IMG/VR virus record: IMGVR_UViG_3300033388_006651
Location: 32,001 to 96,000 of that record
DNA: 64,000 nucleotides
Strand: one strand, 5' to 3'
Source of the DNA: a virus
The notes beneath the pieces are model-generated. The model was not told the origin of the DNA. It saw only the letters and a program-made list of their open reading frames with translations, and did not search any database. Positions 1-10,282 of this stretch are shown in pieces (the stretch's first letter is position 1; every line of letters begins with the position of its first letter). A program made the translations under genes and the position numbers.

Positions 1-70
1 GCGATTTCGACCGCCTCAACCCTGCTGACCGCCGAGGTTGTGATCACGCGGGTAAACTCGTGAAAAGCTC

Positions 71-892
71 ATGCGCTATCAACTGATCCAACACAAGAAT
101 GGCGTGTACACGCCGGACACCGTGGACGCCCTGCGGACGCTCGAGCAGCGTGTTGCCAAACTCAGCACGAGTCTCGTCGTTGAAGGTCGTCCACAGCCGA
201 CGATGGGGTGGGGACAGGTTCGAGAGGACCCAGGGCCGACGGGGCTCCCTCCCGAGTGGAGCGCGGTTTCGACGGGGCGTGAAGTTTACATGCGCCTGGA
301 GATGAACAAGGACGAAGGCTCCGAGGCAACGCGGCGTGAGCGTGAATTGGCGATGCTGTGGGGGCTCACGGTGCCGTTGGGGTTCACTCCGTACACGCGC
401 TACCCGTTACCAGGGCCCCACGATCAGGTGTTTCACTTCTTCGGAGAGTGGACCACGATGATGGACCAGCTCCTGGGGGCCGGTCGTGGTGAGGCTGCGT
501 GGCCGGGTTTTTGTGCTGCTGCACAACTTGACGTAGGAAAGTGGGAAGGCGGGCGCGGGACCGAGCGGCTCGTCCAAACTCACCTGCACCGGATCGGTTA
601 CAACGTCGGCGCGATCGACGGCATCGTAGGGAACAAGACCCAAGGTGCGCTGAGGGCGGCTGGGATGCACTCCTTGGAAATGACCGAAGTGGCCAAGCAG
701 ATCGTGAAAATGGTGCCGCACGTTCCAACGATCCTCGAAAAGGATGTGCAGGGTCGTTTGGAGATGCCTGACGTTGATTGGTCTATACATCCCTATGGAC
801 AGGTACGCACGACGCGAACTGTTCGAGGGGCCGATTTTCACATCTCCGGTCCCGGCCGTGTCGTCATCGACGTTCGGGACCCTCCTACATGA
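71..892 (+). CDS. Protein with peptidoglycan-binding (PG_binding_1-like) domain
   Basis: LVQTHLHRIGYNVGAIDGIVGNKTQGALR matches the L..lGy..G.iDG..G..T..Al motif. Confidence 0.6.
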   Translation: MRYQLIQHKNGVYTPDTVDALRTLEQRVAKLSTSLVVEGRPQPTMGWGQVREDPGPTGLPPEWSAVSTGREVYMRLEMNKDEGSEATRRERELAMLWGLTVPLGFTPYTRYPLPGPHDQVFHFFGEWTTMMDQLLGAGRGEAAWPGFCAAAQLDVGKWEGGRGTERLVQTHLHRIGYNVGAIDGIVGNKTQGALRAAGMHSLEMTEVAKQIVKMVPHVPTILEKDVQGRLEMPDVDWSIHPYGQVRTTRTVRGADFHISGPGRVVIDVRDPPT

Positions 893-1575
893 CTCTTTCC
901 ACGCTCAGCCCGAATCACGAGAAGGTCGCCTGGGCGTGGCTCGACAACCTGGTGGACAGGGCCCAGCGGGGCCAGAAGCGTCCGCCCACACAAACGGTCC
1001 CTGCGGATCTTCCGCCTGCGGTCAAAATGACGCCGCGCGCACGGGAGCAGTCCGTCCAGGATGCGTACGACGCGACGTTGAAGGTCCTCATCGCGACCAT
1101 CAAGTCGGAGATCGGTGGCATCCAGAGGGCTGAGGCCCAGTTCGCACGCCGAGCTGGCGTAGATCCGCTGTACTTCAACTGGTTCCTCATCAACGGGAAA
1201 CATTGGCCCTCGATGTCGAGAGACGCGAACCGGGCTCTTCGAGCGATCCAGAACATCTACCTGTGGTACGGCGCGGTGCCGAGCCACTGGAACAACATGC
1301 AGATCCCTGAGATGGCTCAGAGCCGTGATCGGGATCGTGAATTTAAAGTTTTCGGCAAATGGTTTTTGCAGTCGGTCATCCCGAAAATCGAACGCAAGTA
1401 CGTTCGTGAAATTTACAAACAGTCGCAGGATTTGGTGAAACAGTTCCGAGGCCAGGGCACCCCGCGTGATCCCAAAGCTGCGATCATGTTGATGCGGGAT
1501 TTCGAGAAACGTCTCGTTGCGGATCGCTTCCAACTCAAGCCCGCGGTTCAAGAAGTCGTCGATCTCTTTTCGTGA
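889..1575 (+). CDS. Hypothetical protein
   Basis: ATGA overlap with the upstream stop; long ORF. Confidence 0.6.
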   Translation: MTLSTLSPNHEKVAWAWLDNLVDRAQRGQKRPPTQTVPADLPPAVKMTPRAREQSVQDAYDATLKVLIATIKSEIGGIQRAEAQFARRAGVDPLYFNWFLINGKHWPSMSRDANRALRAIQNIYLWYGAVPSHWNNMQIPEMAQSRDRDREFKVFGKWFLQSVIPKIERKYVREIYKQSQDLVKQFRGQGTPRDPKAAIMLMRDFEKRLVADRFQLKPAVQEVVDLFS

Positions 1576-1591
1576 GGCGTATAAGTGGGGA

Positions 1592-4500
1592 ATGGATCTG
1601 GACCCGCGCCTCAAGGCAGCTCATGAGCGGCTGAAAGAGATTCGTAACGAAACGAAACTCACCCTCAAGCCAACCCCTTTGCTCAAGACGACCTTCACCG
1701 GGTTCGACGGCGAAGAGCACCCTTTCAACCTGCGGTACTACCAGGTGCAGGGTGTCCTCCACCTGGTGGCGATGAACCGGTTCCTGCTCGGCGACGACAC
1801 CGGCATCGGCAAGTGCGTCGCCCATGACACCCGGATTTTGACCGATCAAGGACTGGTCCCCATCCAGGACCTGTGGGCGGAAGGTCCCTGTGATCTCGAC
1901 AACCACCCCGAACCGGGCACGTTTGTGCCCGCAACGGACCACAAGGTTTGGACAGGCGCGCGGTGGGCGAAGATCAAGTCCTTTTACTATGACGGTGATC
2001 GGCCCACCAAGTACGTCGAGACCCGATACGGGTTCACGGTTGAAGGATCGCATCGCCATCCCATTCTGGTTCGCACGGAAGCAGGAGAAGAATGGCGGCG
2101 CCTTCCTGAAATTCAGGAAGGCGATTACGTTGTCGTCGAACGCCGCAAAGTGCGATGGCCTCAAGAAGCACCGGACCTGACATGGGAGCCCAGTCGAGCA
2201 CCGAACGCCAAGACGTACCCCCTCCCCGCCACACTGACTCCTCGTTACGCGCGATTGCTGGGTTACTTTGTGGCCGAAGGGAACTCCGCTAACCAGTACG
2301 GGTTTACCATCACGCAATACGACACCGAAATTCATGAAGACATCCGGGGGTGTTTGAAAGACGTGTTTGGCTGGGAGGGGAACGAAAACCGCGCCAACCG
2401 AAACGAGGAAATCGTGGTGTCGAGTGTGGTGCTTCGGGATTTTTTGGAGTTCTCCGGGGCAAAACATGTCACCTCGGAAGCCAAGCGGATCCCCTGGTCC
2501 GTCATGCAGGGAACCCAGGACTGTGCCGTGGAATTTCTACGAGGGTTGTTTGAAGGCGATGGGCATGCGCTCGCCATTGGGGGGATCGAATACACCTCCA
2601 AGTCTTTGCAATTAGTACGGGATATCCAGGCCCTTCTGCTTCGATTTGAAATTGTTTCACGAATAGCTGAGAAGGTGATTGATGATGAGTCCTACTGGCG
2701 TATGACCCTTCTTGGTGATGATGGCAGGGTGTTTCGCGATGGCATTGGATTCGTTTCGCGCCGCAAGACCGCTGATCTGCAAGTTGGTCTCGACAAACCC
2801 AGCAACACGAACCACGACATCATCCCTCATGTTGCCCATCTGGTTGGGCCGCTTTACGGAGCCCTGAAAGAAGCAACGCACGTTGGCGGCCCAAACGGGG
2901 CTCGCCAGGGGTCCGGGATCAAGCAGTTTGGAGACAGTTTCCGTAACTCCATCCAGCACGTTTTGGCGGGGCGTCGGAACCTCACGTATCCCAAGCTGCA
3001 AGAGCTTTTGAGCCATGCCGCCGATTTCAATCTCGAGGCCCTCCCAGAGTTCGTAGAGCTTCACCGCATCTCCCAGGACCATCATTTCTACGACCCCGTG
3101 ACATACCTTGACGATGGGGTGTGTCCGCTAATGGACCTGGAGATCGACGCGGAAGAGCACTCGTTCGTCGGCAACGGCATCGTCAACCACAACACGATTC
3201 AAAGTATCGCGGCCCTATGTTTCGTGTGGGCCAAGGACCCGAACATGAAGGCCGTCATCCTCACCAACAAGTCGGTGGTGGGTCAGTGGGCGCTCGAGTT
3301 CGACAAGTTCTGCACGCCGGACAACATCAACGTGATCACCTGCGTGGGCTCACCCACCAAGCGCGAGAAGATCTACAAGGAGTTCGAGGCGTCCACCGGG
3401 CCGACCGTCCTCATCATGGGGTACGCGACCTCTCGTCGGGACATCAAGTTTCTCCAGCACTGGAAGGACTTCGTCCTGATCTGCGACGAGGCCACTGCGT
3501 TCAAGAACCCATCCACGCAGACCTACAAAGTCATCCGTCACCTGTCCCGCAATGCGAGTCGGTTTTGGGCGCTCACCGCGACACTGATCAAGAACAATCT
3601 CATCGAGGGGTTCGCCATCTACTCGCTCCTCATTCCCGGCTTGTTCCCGAGCTCGAAGAACAAGTTCATGATGGAGTACTGCCTCACGCGGTTGCAGCCC
3701 ATCCCGGGTAGTCGCCGACAGATTCCGGTCATCATCGGATACCGCAGCGACCAGATCAAACGGTTCAAGGACAAGATCGATCCGTACTTCCTGTCGCGCG
3801 CCAAGTTCGACGTGGCCAAAGAGCTGCCCGTGCTCCAGATCAAGCAGCACAAGTGCGGCATGACTCGGGCCCAGCAGGCCAAGTACCAGGAGGCCCTCGA
3901 AGGGTTGCTGGAGAAGGACCTCTTGGACGAGGAGGTCGAGACCACGAAGCTCACCGCGCTGATCTACTGCCAGCAAATCGTGGACCATCCTGAGCTTGTT
4001 GACTGCGAAGGCGACAGCGACAAGATGAACGAGCTTTTCACGTTGTTGACCGAGGGGGATCTCGCAGACGAGAAGGTCATCGTGTTCAGCCGGTTCCGCA
4101 AAATGATCGACAAGCTCGAGGAAGTTGCGAGTTCCAAGAAGTACAAGATGAAAACCGTTCGGGTCACCGGGGCCGAAAACGAGGACGAGCGCAAAGCTGC
4201 GATGCAGGCGTTCCAGGACCCGAACTCCGATGTGCGCATCTGCTGGATCACGGAAGCGGCCAAGGAGGGCATCAATCTCCAGGCTGCCAAGGCCCTCGTG
4301 TTCTACGACAGCCCATGGTCTGCGGGAGACTACCTCCAATGTCTTGATGACGACACCGAGATTTTAACCCGGAGGGGGTTCGTGGGGCGCACAGAGATCC
4401 GAAAAGAGGACGAGGTCGCGGCTTTCAACCAGAACACTTCTGAGATTCGGTGGCAAGCCATTCGATCCATTACAGATCGTCCTTTGGCGCAGGGGGAGCA

Positions 4501-5650
4501 GATGTTCGAGATTAACTCTCGGCACCTGAATCTTCGCGTAACAGGGGGACACCGCATGCTTTACAGACGGAAGACACTCAAGGACAAGAAAGCCGTGTGG
4601 CCGGAAGCCTGGAGGATCGAGACTGCTGAGGAGATGGCCTCGGAGAGGTCTCACTACCAAGTTCCAGTCTCGGGTGAGCAGGAGGCCGAAGGACTCCCCC
4701 TTACTGAAGACCAACTTGAGTTTATCGGGTGGGTTCTATCAGATGGATCGCTTAACAAAGCGAACCGGCAACTCGTCATTGCGCAGGCCGTGCATCAGCC
4801 CCAAATTCACGATCTTCGTCATTGTATCCAGAAATGCGGTTTTGACTGGAGCGAGTATGACCGAGACCCTGAAAAGTGTGGGGGATTTCCGAATGGAAAA
4901 CCTCAGATCGTGTTCTCCATCCCGAAAGGCACTCAGGGAGGATCCCGTGCTCGTAACGGGTGGAAAGATCTCGAACCCTACCTGGACAAGGATTTCCCTC
5001 TCCTGTTGGAGAAAGCCACAAACCATCAACTTGCGGCCATGCTTCGAGGACTGCACCTTGGAGATGGCGCCAAATATCGCGGATCAGATTGGACGCAAAG
5101 GTCGTACCACATCTACACAAGTAGAAAGATCTTCGCGGACAGGCTGCAAAGCCTATGCGTGCGGCGAGGCTTCCGATGCAACGTGAGGCACGAAAAAGGA
5201 GGGCCGGGAAAAGCCCGTGAGAAGGACGGGTTTCATCTCCACATCAAGAAAACTAGTTCTTGGTCCCTTTGTGGCAACCTGAAACATGGTGACCGTTCTC
5301 ATCTGACTATTTCCCAAAGTAAACCAGAGGAACGCGTGTGGTGCGTCGAGAATGACATGGGGACCCTGGTCACTCGTCGTGCTGGGAAGGTGGCGGTCGT
5401 TGGAAATTGCTTGGGCCGCATGATCCGCATTGGATCGACACACGACCGCTGTTACGCGATCCACCTCGTAGCCAAGGGCACGATCGACACCAAGGTCATG
5501 GGCGTTCTGCGCACCAAGATGAAGCTCATCGAAGCCGTGATGGGCAAGCGCCTCAAGGGCGAAGGGATGGAGGACGTGGTGGTGTCATCCGACAACAGCA
5601 TCGACGACATTTTCTCGGCCCTCCAGGCGGACGCAAGGAAATACGCATGA
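1592..5650 (+). CDS. SNF2-family (SF2) helicase containing two inteins
   Basis: Q motif LRYYQ, Walker A GDDTGIGK[intein]T, DEA, TATLIKN, EGINLQAA, Q[intein]CLGRMIRIG. Confidence 0.92.
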   Translation: MDLDPRLKAAHERLKEIRNETKLTLKPTPLLKTTFTGFDGEEHPFNLRYYQVQGVLHLVAMNRFLLGDDTGIGKCVAHDTRILTDQGLVPIQDLWAEGPCDLDNHPEPGTFVPATDHKVWTGARWAKIKSFYYDGDRPTKYVETRYGFTVEGSHRHPILVRTEAGEEWRRLPEIQEGDYVVVERRKVRWPQEAPDLTWEPSRAPNAKTYPLPATLTPRYARLLGYFVAEGNSANQYGFTITQYDTEIHEDIRGCLKDVFGWEGNENRANRNEEIVVSSVVLRDFLEFSGAKHVTSEAKRIPWSVMQGTQDCAVEFLRGLFEGDGHALAIGGIEYTSKSLQLVRDIQALLLRFEIVSRIAEKVIDDESYWRMTLLGDDGRVFRDGIGFVSRRKTADLQVGLDKPSNTNHDIIPHVAHLVGPLYGALKEATHVGGPNGARQGSGIKQFGDSFRNSIQHVLAGRRNLTYPKLQELLSHAADFNLEALPEFVELHRISQDHHFYDPVTYLDDGVCPLMDLEIDAEEHSFVGNGIVNHNTIQSIAALCFVWAKDPNMKAVILTNKSVVGQWALEFDKFCTPDNINVITCVGSPTKREKIYKEFEASTGPTVLIMGYATSRRDIKFLQHWKDFVLICDEATAFKNPSTQTYKVIRHLSRNASRFWALTATLIKNNLIEGFAIYSLLIPGLFPSSKNKFMMEYCLTRLQPIPGSRRQIPVIIGYRSDQIKRFKDKIDPYFLSRAKFDVAKELPVLQIKQHKCGMTRAQQAKYQEALEGLLEKDLLDEEVETTKLTALIYCQQIVDHPELVDCEGDSDKMNELFTLLTEGDLADEKVIVFSRFRKMIDKLEEVASSKKYKMKTVRVTGAENEDERKAAMQAFQDPNSDVRICWITEAAKEGINLQAAKALVFYDSPWSAGDYLQCLDDDTEILTRRGFVGRTEIRKEDEVAAFNQNTSEIRWQAIRSITDRPLAQGEQMFEINSRHLNLRVTGGHRMLYRRKTLKDKKAVWPEAWRIETAEEMASERSHYQVPVSGEQEAEGLPLTEDQLEFIGWVLSDGSLNKANRQLVIAQAVHQPQIHDLRHCIQKCGFDWSEYDRDPEKCGGFPNGKPQIVFSIPKGTQGGSRARNGWKDLEPYLDKDFPLLLEKATNHQLAAMLRGLHLGDGAKYRGSDWTQRSYHIYTSRKIFADRLQSLCVRRGFRCNVRHEKGGPGKAREKDGFHLHIKKTSSWSLCGNLKHGDRSHLTISQSKPEERVWCVENDMGTLVTRRAGKVAVVGNCLGRMIRIGSTHDRCYAIHLVAKGTIDTKVMGVLRTKMKLIEAVMGKRLKGEGMEDVVVSSDNSIDDIFSALQADARKYA
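1814..3193 (+). mobile_element. Intein 1 with LAGLIDADG endonuclease, in the helicase Walker A motif
   Basis: Starts CVAHDT, ends SFVGNGIVNHN followed by Thr; LLGYFVAEG and FLRGLFEGDG blocks. Confidence 0.92.
4340..5407 (+). mobile_element. Intein 2 with LAGLIDADG domain, in helicase motif VI
   Basis: Starts CLDDDTEILT, block B VTGGHRM, ends VAVVGN followed by Cys; FIGWVLSDG and LRGLHLGDG. Confidence 0.9.
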
Positions 5651-6804
5651 TCGATCCCGTGACTGTCCGGCGTCCCCTCGGAGACAACGCGTCTACCGCA
5701 ACGCTCTACTACGGGGCCGACTGTCGAGAGACTCTGCGAGGGATCCCTGAGAAGTCCGTCCATACCGTTGTCACGTCGCCCCCGTACTTCGGTCTACGGG
5801 ACTACGGGACCGGTGATGCGCAGATCGGTCTCGAGAAAACACCACAGGCTTTCGTGGCCCAGCTCGTTGAAGTGTTCCGTGAAGTTCGACGCGTACTTCG
5901 TGACGACGGCACTCTGTGGCTCAACCTGGGAGACAGCTACGCCAACGACACGAAATGGGGAGGCAGTAGCGGGGGCAAGCACGCCGCCGGGCTTCACGGT
6001 GCTACTGGCGTGGGACGAGGGAAGCGCCACACGGGGCTCAAGAGCAAGGATCTGATCGGCATTCCTTGGATGGTGGCGTTCGCTTTGAGAGCAGACGGCT
6101 GGTACCTGCGCAGTGACATCATCTGGTCCAAGAGCTCGTGCATGCCCGAGAGCGTGAAAGACCGCCCAACGAAAGCACATGAGTATCTGTTCCTGCTGTC
6201 CAAACAGCCCAAGTACTTCTACGATTCGGATGCTATCCGGGTGCCGGTGGCGAACCCAAAAGCGGTCGCGCACGGTCTTGGTTCTGTCGAAGCGTGGTCG
6301 GCTACACGCAACAACGCTTACGGCTTAGGAGACGCGTCGAAGGGTCAGCCGAAGGGACATGCGGGCACGCACAAGTCTGGCAAGAACAAACGCTCGGTGT
6401 GGAACGTGAACCCCAAGCCGTACCCGGGGGCGCACTTCGCCGTGTTCCCGCCTGAGCTGATCAAGCCGTGTATTTTGGCGGGCACTTCGGCAAAAGGCTG
6501 CTGCCCTGACTGTGGAAATCCCTGGGAGCGGACGGGATCGCGGGGGAAAGACGCGGTTACGTGGCGCCCCACCTGTGAGTGTGATGCAGGGGACCCAGTT
6601 GGGTGTACGGTTCTGGACCCTTTCAGCGGAAGCGCCACCACCGGATTCGTGGCCCTGAACCATGGCCGGGACTACGTCGGCCTGGATCTGAGTGATGAAT
6701 ACCGGGCTCTTGCCGAGGCCCGTCTTCTCGGTGAACGTCCGCCAAAAGAAGATGAAAATGGCGACGACGGGATCTTGGAGTTCTTCGGGGTAGAAGATTC
6801 GTGA
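5647..6804 (+). CDS. Beta-class N4-C/N6-A DNA methyltransferase
   Basis: VTSPPY, LNLGDSY, HFAVFP, VLDPFSGSATTG. Confidence 0.92.
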   Translation: MIDPVTVRRPLGDNASTATLYYGADCRETLRGIPEKSVHTVVTSPPYFGLRDYGTGDAQIGLEKTPQAFVAQLVEVFREVRRVLRDDGTLWLNLGDSYANDTKWGGSSGGKHAAGLHGATGVGRGKRHTGLKSKDLIGIPWMVAFALRADGWYLRSDIIWSKSSCMPESVKDRPTKAHEYLFLLSKQPKYFYDSDAIRVPVANPKAVAHGLGSVEAWSATRNNAYGLGDASKGQPKGHAGTHKSGKNKRSVWNVNPKPYPGAHFAVFPPELIKPCILAGTSAKGCCPDCGNPWERTGSRGKDAVTWRPTCECDAGDPVGCTVLDPFSGSATTGFVALNHGRDYVGLDLSDEYRALAEARLLGERPPKEDENGDDGILEFFGVEDS

Positions 6805-7865
6805 GCCGAGAGTACGCCGATCCCGACTGCCCGGACTGCCGGGGGGAGGGGTTCATCTACGGAGCGTCCATGCTCGATGGGGGTCATTGCTGCCACTGCA
6901 TGATGGATGCGCTGAAACTCCAGAACATGGACAAAGTGTGGCCGTCCTTGGCGGCATCGAAGGAGTTTACGGACCTGCGTCTGAATCCTCCGTTGGCCAA
7001 ATTCCTGAACCACAGTATTTGGATCACAGGAAGAGAATCGTATTTTCGAGCGCACCTCAAAGCCGTGGCTTTCGTCCAGGACACCATGTGGGATGCGAGA
7101 GTGATCACGGACCTTGATCTGCTCGACGCATGGCTCAAGACCGCGAAAGCGCAGGGACACAAAATTTACGATTCGGAGATCGACAATCATGACCACCGGT
7201 TCGTTGCCATGGATGTTTCCGAGCTCGTTGAAACGTTCGGCCTTGTGATTTTGAAGCTCGGGGTGAAGCAAGCCCCAAACAAGGAGACGCACAGCGTCAT
7301 CCTTGAAGCCCTCGCCGTTCGTCGGCATTTGGGACTTCCGACGTGGATCGTGGACCAACCTGACCAACGCATCGACGACATGACCCACCGCGGTTACAGC
7401 GACATCCTTGAGGGGATGCTCGGTCACTGGCCACACCTTGCTTTGGTAGGCCCCAACATCAAGTTGATCGCTGGGGAACCGCCGCGAGGTGAGCCAGAAG
7501 TTGTTTCGGATGTGAGTGTGGATGACCTTTTGGAAACTGCACTTAGTGCCGACGACGAGGGTGGTGAAGACACCGAGGGCGACGGCGAAGACACCGAGGA
7601 CGCTGAGGACGGCGAAGACACCGAGGATGCTGAGGATGCTGAGGATGCTGAGGATGCTGAGGATGCTGAGGATGCTGAGGATGCTGAGGATGCTGAGGAT
7701 GCTGAGGACGAAGAGGAGGTCGAAGAAGAAGAAGAAGACGACGATGAAGAGGAGACCGAAAACTCGATGATCGCGGCCCTTCAAGCCAACGAGGAGCGGG
7801 CTGCTGAAAAAGAGCGGTACAAGCCCAAGAAGAAAAAGAAGAGTAGCTGGGGGCGCAAGAAATGA
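6801..7865 (+). CDS. Degenerate DnaC/IstB-like helicase loader with Zn finger and acidic tail
   Basis: CPDC...CCHC N-terminus; RRHLGLPTW resembles DnaC R...LPT; directly upstream of DnaB; Walker motifs not intact. Confidence 0.5.
   Translation: MSREYADPDCPDCRGEGFIYGASMLDGGHCCHCMMDALKLQNMDKVWPSLAASKEFTDLRLNPPLAKFLNHSIWITGRESYFRAHLKAVAFVQDTMWDARVITDLDLLDAWLKTAKAQGHKIYDSEIDNHDHRFVAMDVSELVETFGLVILKLGVKQAPNKETHSVILEALAVRRHLGLPTWIVDQPDQRIDDMTHRGYSDILEGMLGHWPHLALVGPNIKLIAGEPPRGEPEVVSDVSVDDLLETALSADDEGGEDTEGDGEDTEDAEDGEDTEDAEDAEDAEDAEDAEDAEDAEDAEDAEDEEEVEEEEEDDDEEETENSMIAALQANEERAAEKERYKPKKKKKSSWGRKK
7623..7703 (+). repeat. Nine perfect tandem copies of GAGGATGCT (Glu-Asp-Ala)
   Basis: Read directly; in frame. 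Confidence 0.95.
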
Positions 7866-9442
7866 AGAATCTACTTCGTTCCTGCTTCGTCGCGGACCCC
7901 ACGACGGACAAGTCTGAGCTGTTCGCTCACAACTACCACGCGATGGTGGACTCGGGCCTCGGGTTTGACACTCCGGAGGACAACATCCTGTGGACGTTCA
8001 TCCAGGACTTTTTCAAGTCCCATGGTCACGTCCCCGAGCTCCAGACGATGCGGTCCCACTTCGCGACCGTGCAAGACACGGACGCGGTGGACCGTATCGA
8101 ACGTCTGGCGATGCTCAAGTCGAGGATGCGGGGTGACTTCCTCACTTACCTCGAAGAGAAAGCCACCGACCGACGTAACCGGATCGTGATGGACCTCGCC
8201 AAAGAGATGGCGCAGATCGTCACCACCGGCATCGAAGTCAAAGACCTGAAAGGCAATTCGACGAAACTCCTGGGGGCGATCGACGCGATGCGTTACGTCC
8301 TCGATCGGAGCCACGACATTGTGGCACCGACACTGGGGTCCAAGCTCTCCGGCAACTTGATGCAGGATGAGGATGACTTCATCGATCGCTATGACCGCAT
8401 CAAAGCCGACCCTCTCTACGGGGTTGGGCAGCAGTGTGGCATCAGCCAGATCGATGCCGTGCTCAACGGTGCCAAACGGTACGAGCTGTGGTTGCACACG
8501 GCGTACACCGGCGGTTTGAAGTCCACGTTCGCCCTGCACTGGGCCTACATCCAAGCCATCTATTACCGGGCCAGCTCCGTCTACTTCTCGATCGAGATGC
8601 CCTACGTGCAGGTCCGCAACCTGATCATGGCGATGCACTCGGCGCATGAGAAGTTCCGGGAGGTCCGTGAACAGCTCGGCATCACCGGCCTCGGCCTGGA
8701 ATACGACAAGCTCAAGACCTCGACGTTGGCTCCCAACGAGGAGAAATTCCTCAAGGAGTACGTCGTTCCTGATTTCAACAAGAAATCCACGGTGCGGGCG
8801 ACCGGGCCTTCTGCGGTCCAGGCGGAAGACTACGGCGACATCCATATCCGTAACCGGGATCCGGAAAAGCGCACGTTCACCATCGACGATCTGCGCTCCC
8901 AGGCGGAACTGGTTTTCGCCAAGACTCCCTTCTCCCTGATCTTCGTGGACCACGTCGGTCTGATGGATCCGCGTGAGAAGCACGGCGGCACCACGGAGAA
9001 ACTGAACGAGGTGCTGAAAGACCTCAAACAGTTGGCCATGGGGTTCAACCGTGGCATGGGCATCGCGGTGGTCGGGCTGTTCCAGATCAGTCGTGAGGGG
9101 TTCAGGTCCGCTGAGAAGAACGGCGGCCGGTACAATCTCACCCACCTCAGTTACGCGAACGAGGCCGAGCGTTCTTCGGACATCGTCACGGCAACGTGGA
9201 TCGACGACGAGTTGCGCAAACTCAACCGGGCGATTTTCATGTGTCTCAAAACGCGTGACACAAAACCCTTTGATCGCGTGCCTGTGCGGGTAGAATTTGC
9301 TTGTCGCCGGATGCTTACGGACAACACGTCGATCGAAGAGATTGACCAGAAGGTCAAGGACGCCAAGGGCGGCGAGGACGAGGACAAACAGAATTGGAAA
9401 AAGAAGGCGAAACAACCCGTGCCGGATTTGGACTTTGACTGA
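7862..9442 (+). CDS. dnaB: DnaB-like replicative helicase
   Basis: GISQIDAVLNG, Walker A variant AYTGGLKS, FSIEM, IFVDHVGLM, LFQISR, ERSSDIV, KTRD. Confidence 0.85.
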   Translation: MKNLLRSCFVADPTTDKSELFAHNYHAMVDSGLGFDTPEDNILWTFIQDFFKSHGHVPELQTMRSHFATVQDTDAVDRIERLAMLKSRMRGDFLTYLEEKATDRRNRIVMDLAKEMAQIVTTGIEVKDLKGNSTKLLGAIDAMRYVLDRSHDIVAPTLGSKLSGNLMQDEDDFIDRYDRIKADPLYGVGQQCGISQIDAVLNGAKRYELWLHTAYTGGLKSTFALHWAYIQAIYYRASSVYFSIEMPYVQVRNLIMAMHSAHEKFREVREQLGITGLGLEYDKLKTSTLAPNEEKFLKEYVVPDFNKKSTVRATGPSAVQAEDYGDIHIRNRDPEKRTFTIDDLRSQAELVFAKTPFSLIFVDHVGLMDPREKHGGTTEKLNEVLKDLKQLAMGFNRGMGIAVVGLFQISREGFRSAEKNGGRYNLTHLSYANEAERSSDIVTATWIDDELRKLNRAIFMCLKTRDTKPFDRVPVRVEFACRRMLTDNTSIEEIDQKVKDAKGGEDEDKQNWKKKAKQPVPDLDFD

Positions 9443-9453
9443 TGGGTACCCTG

Positions 9454-10251
9454 TCATCCGATGCCCAGCGCTTTCCGGACGGCCTCATTGGGGTCCGTCC
9501 GGAAATCGATTTCCCAGACCTCGACAAGTTCGATGTTTCGGGCTTTCAGCAACGCGCATTTCCGTTCATACCGACAGGCAGTTCGAATCTGGCTCGGGTA
9601 TTCAGGACCATTCGGGTAGATTCTTGGATCTGCGTGCCAAAAAGTCCCGTTCACTTCGACAGCGATGTTTTTGGAGGGCACGAAGAAATCGATAACAGCG
9701 CCGAATGTCCCGTCTGGGTTTCGAATCCTGTGTTGGGGCATGTTGTCGATTCCGAGAGAGTTCAGCATCTTTCCGACTTCTTTCTCCAGATGAGAAACAC
9801 GTGGGACACGGCCTTCAGCGATCGCTTTGGAGGTGGCCAACGAAAGTTTCTGCCTCGTCTCGGCCGACACCGTGTATCGTCCCTCTGCCTTTCTTTGCGC
9901 GTTCATTTTGCGGCGTCGTTCAGAGGACGCTTGTCGCACGTGAAGAGGTACCTCGTACGGTTTGGTCACTACCCTTCCAACGATCCCGCTCCCACGAGCT
10001 TTGTAATGACACGCTCGCGAACAAAGAAAAGCGTCGGTTTTCGAGAGCCGTTCCTGCGAAGGAGTTCTCGTCACTGGGGTTTCACAGACCGCACAAGGCT
10101 TCGTCTCCGAATCGGAGAGGATCTCAGCTCGACGAGCGTACGAACATTTTCTCGAGCACGTGGTCTGACGGCCATGTTTCAACCGAGCAGGATCTGCTTG
10201 GTACGATGTCCCACACACCGGGCAATTCCGGTTAACTAAACGAGAACTCAT
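9454..10251 (-). CDS. Free-standing homing-type endonuclease (Zn ribbons, NUMOD3-like, Vsr/DUF559-like nuclease)
   Basis: CxxC pairs, SAETRQKLS, DFFVP..IAVEVNGTFWH, VWE. Confidence 0.8.
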   Translation of the reverse strand: MSSRLVNRNCPVCGTSYQADPARLKHGRQTTCSRKCSYARRAEILSDSETKPCAVCETPVTRTPSQERLSKTDAFLCSRACHYKARGSGIVGRVVTKPYEVPLHVRQASSERRRKMNAQRKAEGRYTVSAETRQKLSLATSKAIAEGRVPRVSHLEKEVGKMLNSLGIDNMPQHRIRNPDGTFGAVIDFFVPSKNIAVEVNGTFWHADPRIYPNGPEYPSQIRTACRYERKCALLKARNIELVEVWEIDFRTDPNEAVRKALGIG

Positions 10252-10282
10252 GATGAAAAAGGACCTAGTTCATAGGGTGGTC

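Noticed and set aside
7871-9457. Long antisense ORFs (also 15316-16695, 18894-20189, 36594-37622)
   Set aside because: These are shadows of GC3-biased coding strands with no motifs.
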